Virus record (IMG/VR): IMGVR_UViG_3300008259_000009 | Reading direction: 5' to 3' (one strand) | DNA length: 64,000 nucleotides | From: a virus | In this document: positions 63,796 through 64,000 of the stretch, one piece after another | How the letters are laid out: every line of letters starts with the position of its first letter | Position numbering within the stretch: the stretch's first letter is position 1 | Notes under the pieces: model-generated | The model's database searches: none | Seen by the model: only the letters and a program-made list of their open reading frames with translations | What the model was told of the DNA's origin: nothing | Made by a program: the position numbers and the translations under genes

Positions 63796-64000
63796 ATGGA
63801 CCCCTTTTCCCTTTTTCAGATTTTTACCCCAAAAATTTTTTTTTGGTTTTTCAGAAAAAATTTATATAAATGTTTTTTTACCCATACGTTTTGTTTAGGG
63901 GATTATCCCCCCTTTTTGACCCCAAACCACCTATATATGGAGGGGGGATACGGGGAGGGGAGGGGTATACCCCCCATATAGGGGGATAATGGGGGTAGGG
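63796..64000. other. Non-coding G/C homopolymer-rich tract
   Basis: Several G4-G6 and C4-C6 runs, GGGG-TATA-CCCC palindrome, unlike the AT-rich background. Confidence 0.5.

Noticed and set aside
63796-63981. 61-aa ORF at the window end
   Set aside because: Arises from low-complexity T/G/C runs; no upstream motif; more likely non-coding.
1-64000. Stop-codon recoding (alternative genetic code)
   Set aside because: Conserved genes (dnaK, thyA, GMP reductase, histidine kinase) are intact in code 11, coding density is high, and there is no suppressor tRNA in the array.
1-64000. Bacterial chromosome or prophage origin
   Set aside because: No housekeeping operons, rRNA or integrase; tRNAs lack CCA; orphan density and the second promoter class point to a large lytic phage, though no virion hallmark gene is in the window to confirm it.

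Overview
AT-rich, gene-dense segment, mostly on the minus strand, best read as part of a large (jumbo-type) dsDNA phage infecting Bacteroidota. No capsid, terminase or polymerase gene lies in the window, so this is inferred from a 15-gene tRNA array, thyA, GH19/SLT lytic enzymes, many small orphans, at least 13 Bacteroidota-type TAnnTTTG promoters and a T9SS-type cargo gene. Layout: (1) 370-4030, tRNA array with interleaved structured or tRNA-like RNAs and an inserted methyltransferase/putative endonuclease pair, headed by a 38-codon leader ORF, a terminator and boxA. (2) 4.3-7.5 kb, glycosyltransferase and methyltransferase. (3) 8-17.7 kb, putative late or virion-cargo genes. (4) 17.7-45 kb, metabolism, RNA-repair/anti-defence, chaperones (DnaK, FKBP), a two-component system, lysis enzymes and thyA. 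(5) 45.9-63.7 kb, a plastic array of small genes, many with a shared MKxIITE or MKKVIRLTESDL..VKRVIxE N-terminus, separated by repeated terminator+ATATTTAT cassettes. Top lead: a leader-peptide attenuator whose codons mirror the downstream tRNA set, a candidate sensor of host tRNA depletion. Start codons were moved from the supplied ORF track where an internal Met fitted upstream motifs better. All domain calls are by-eye motif recognition; no database searches were run.
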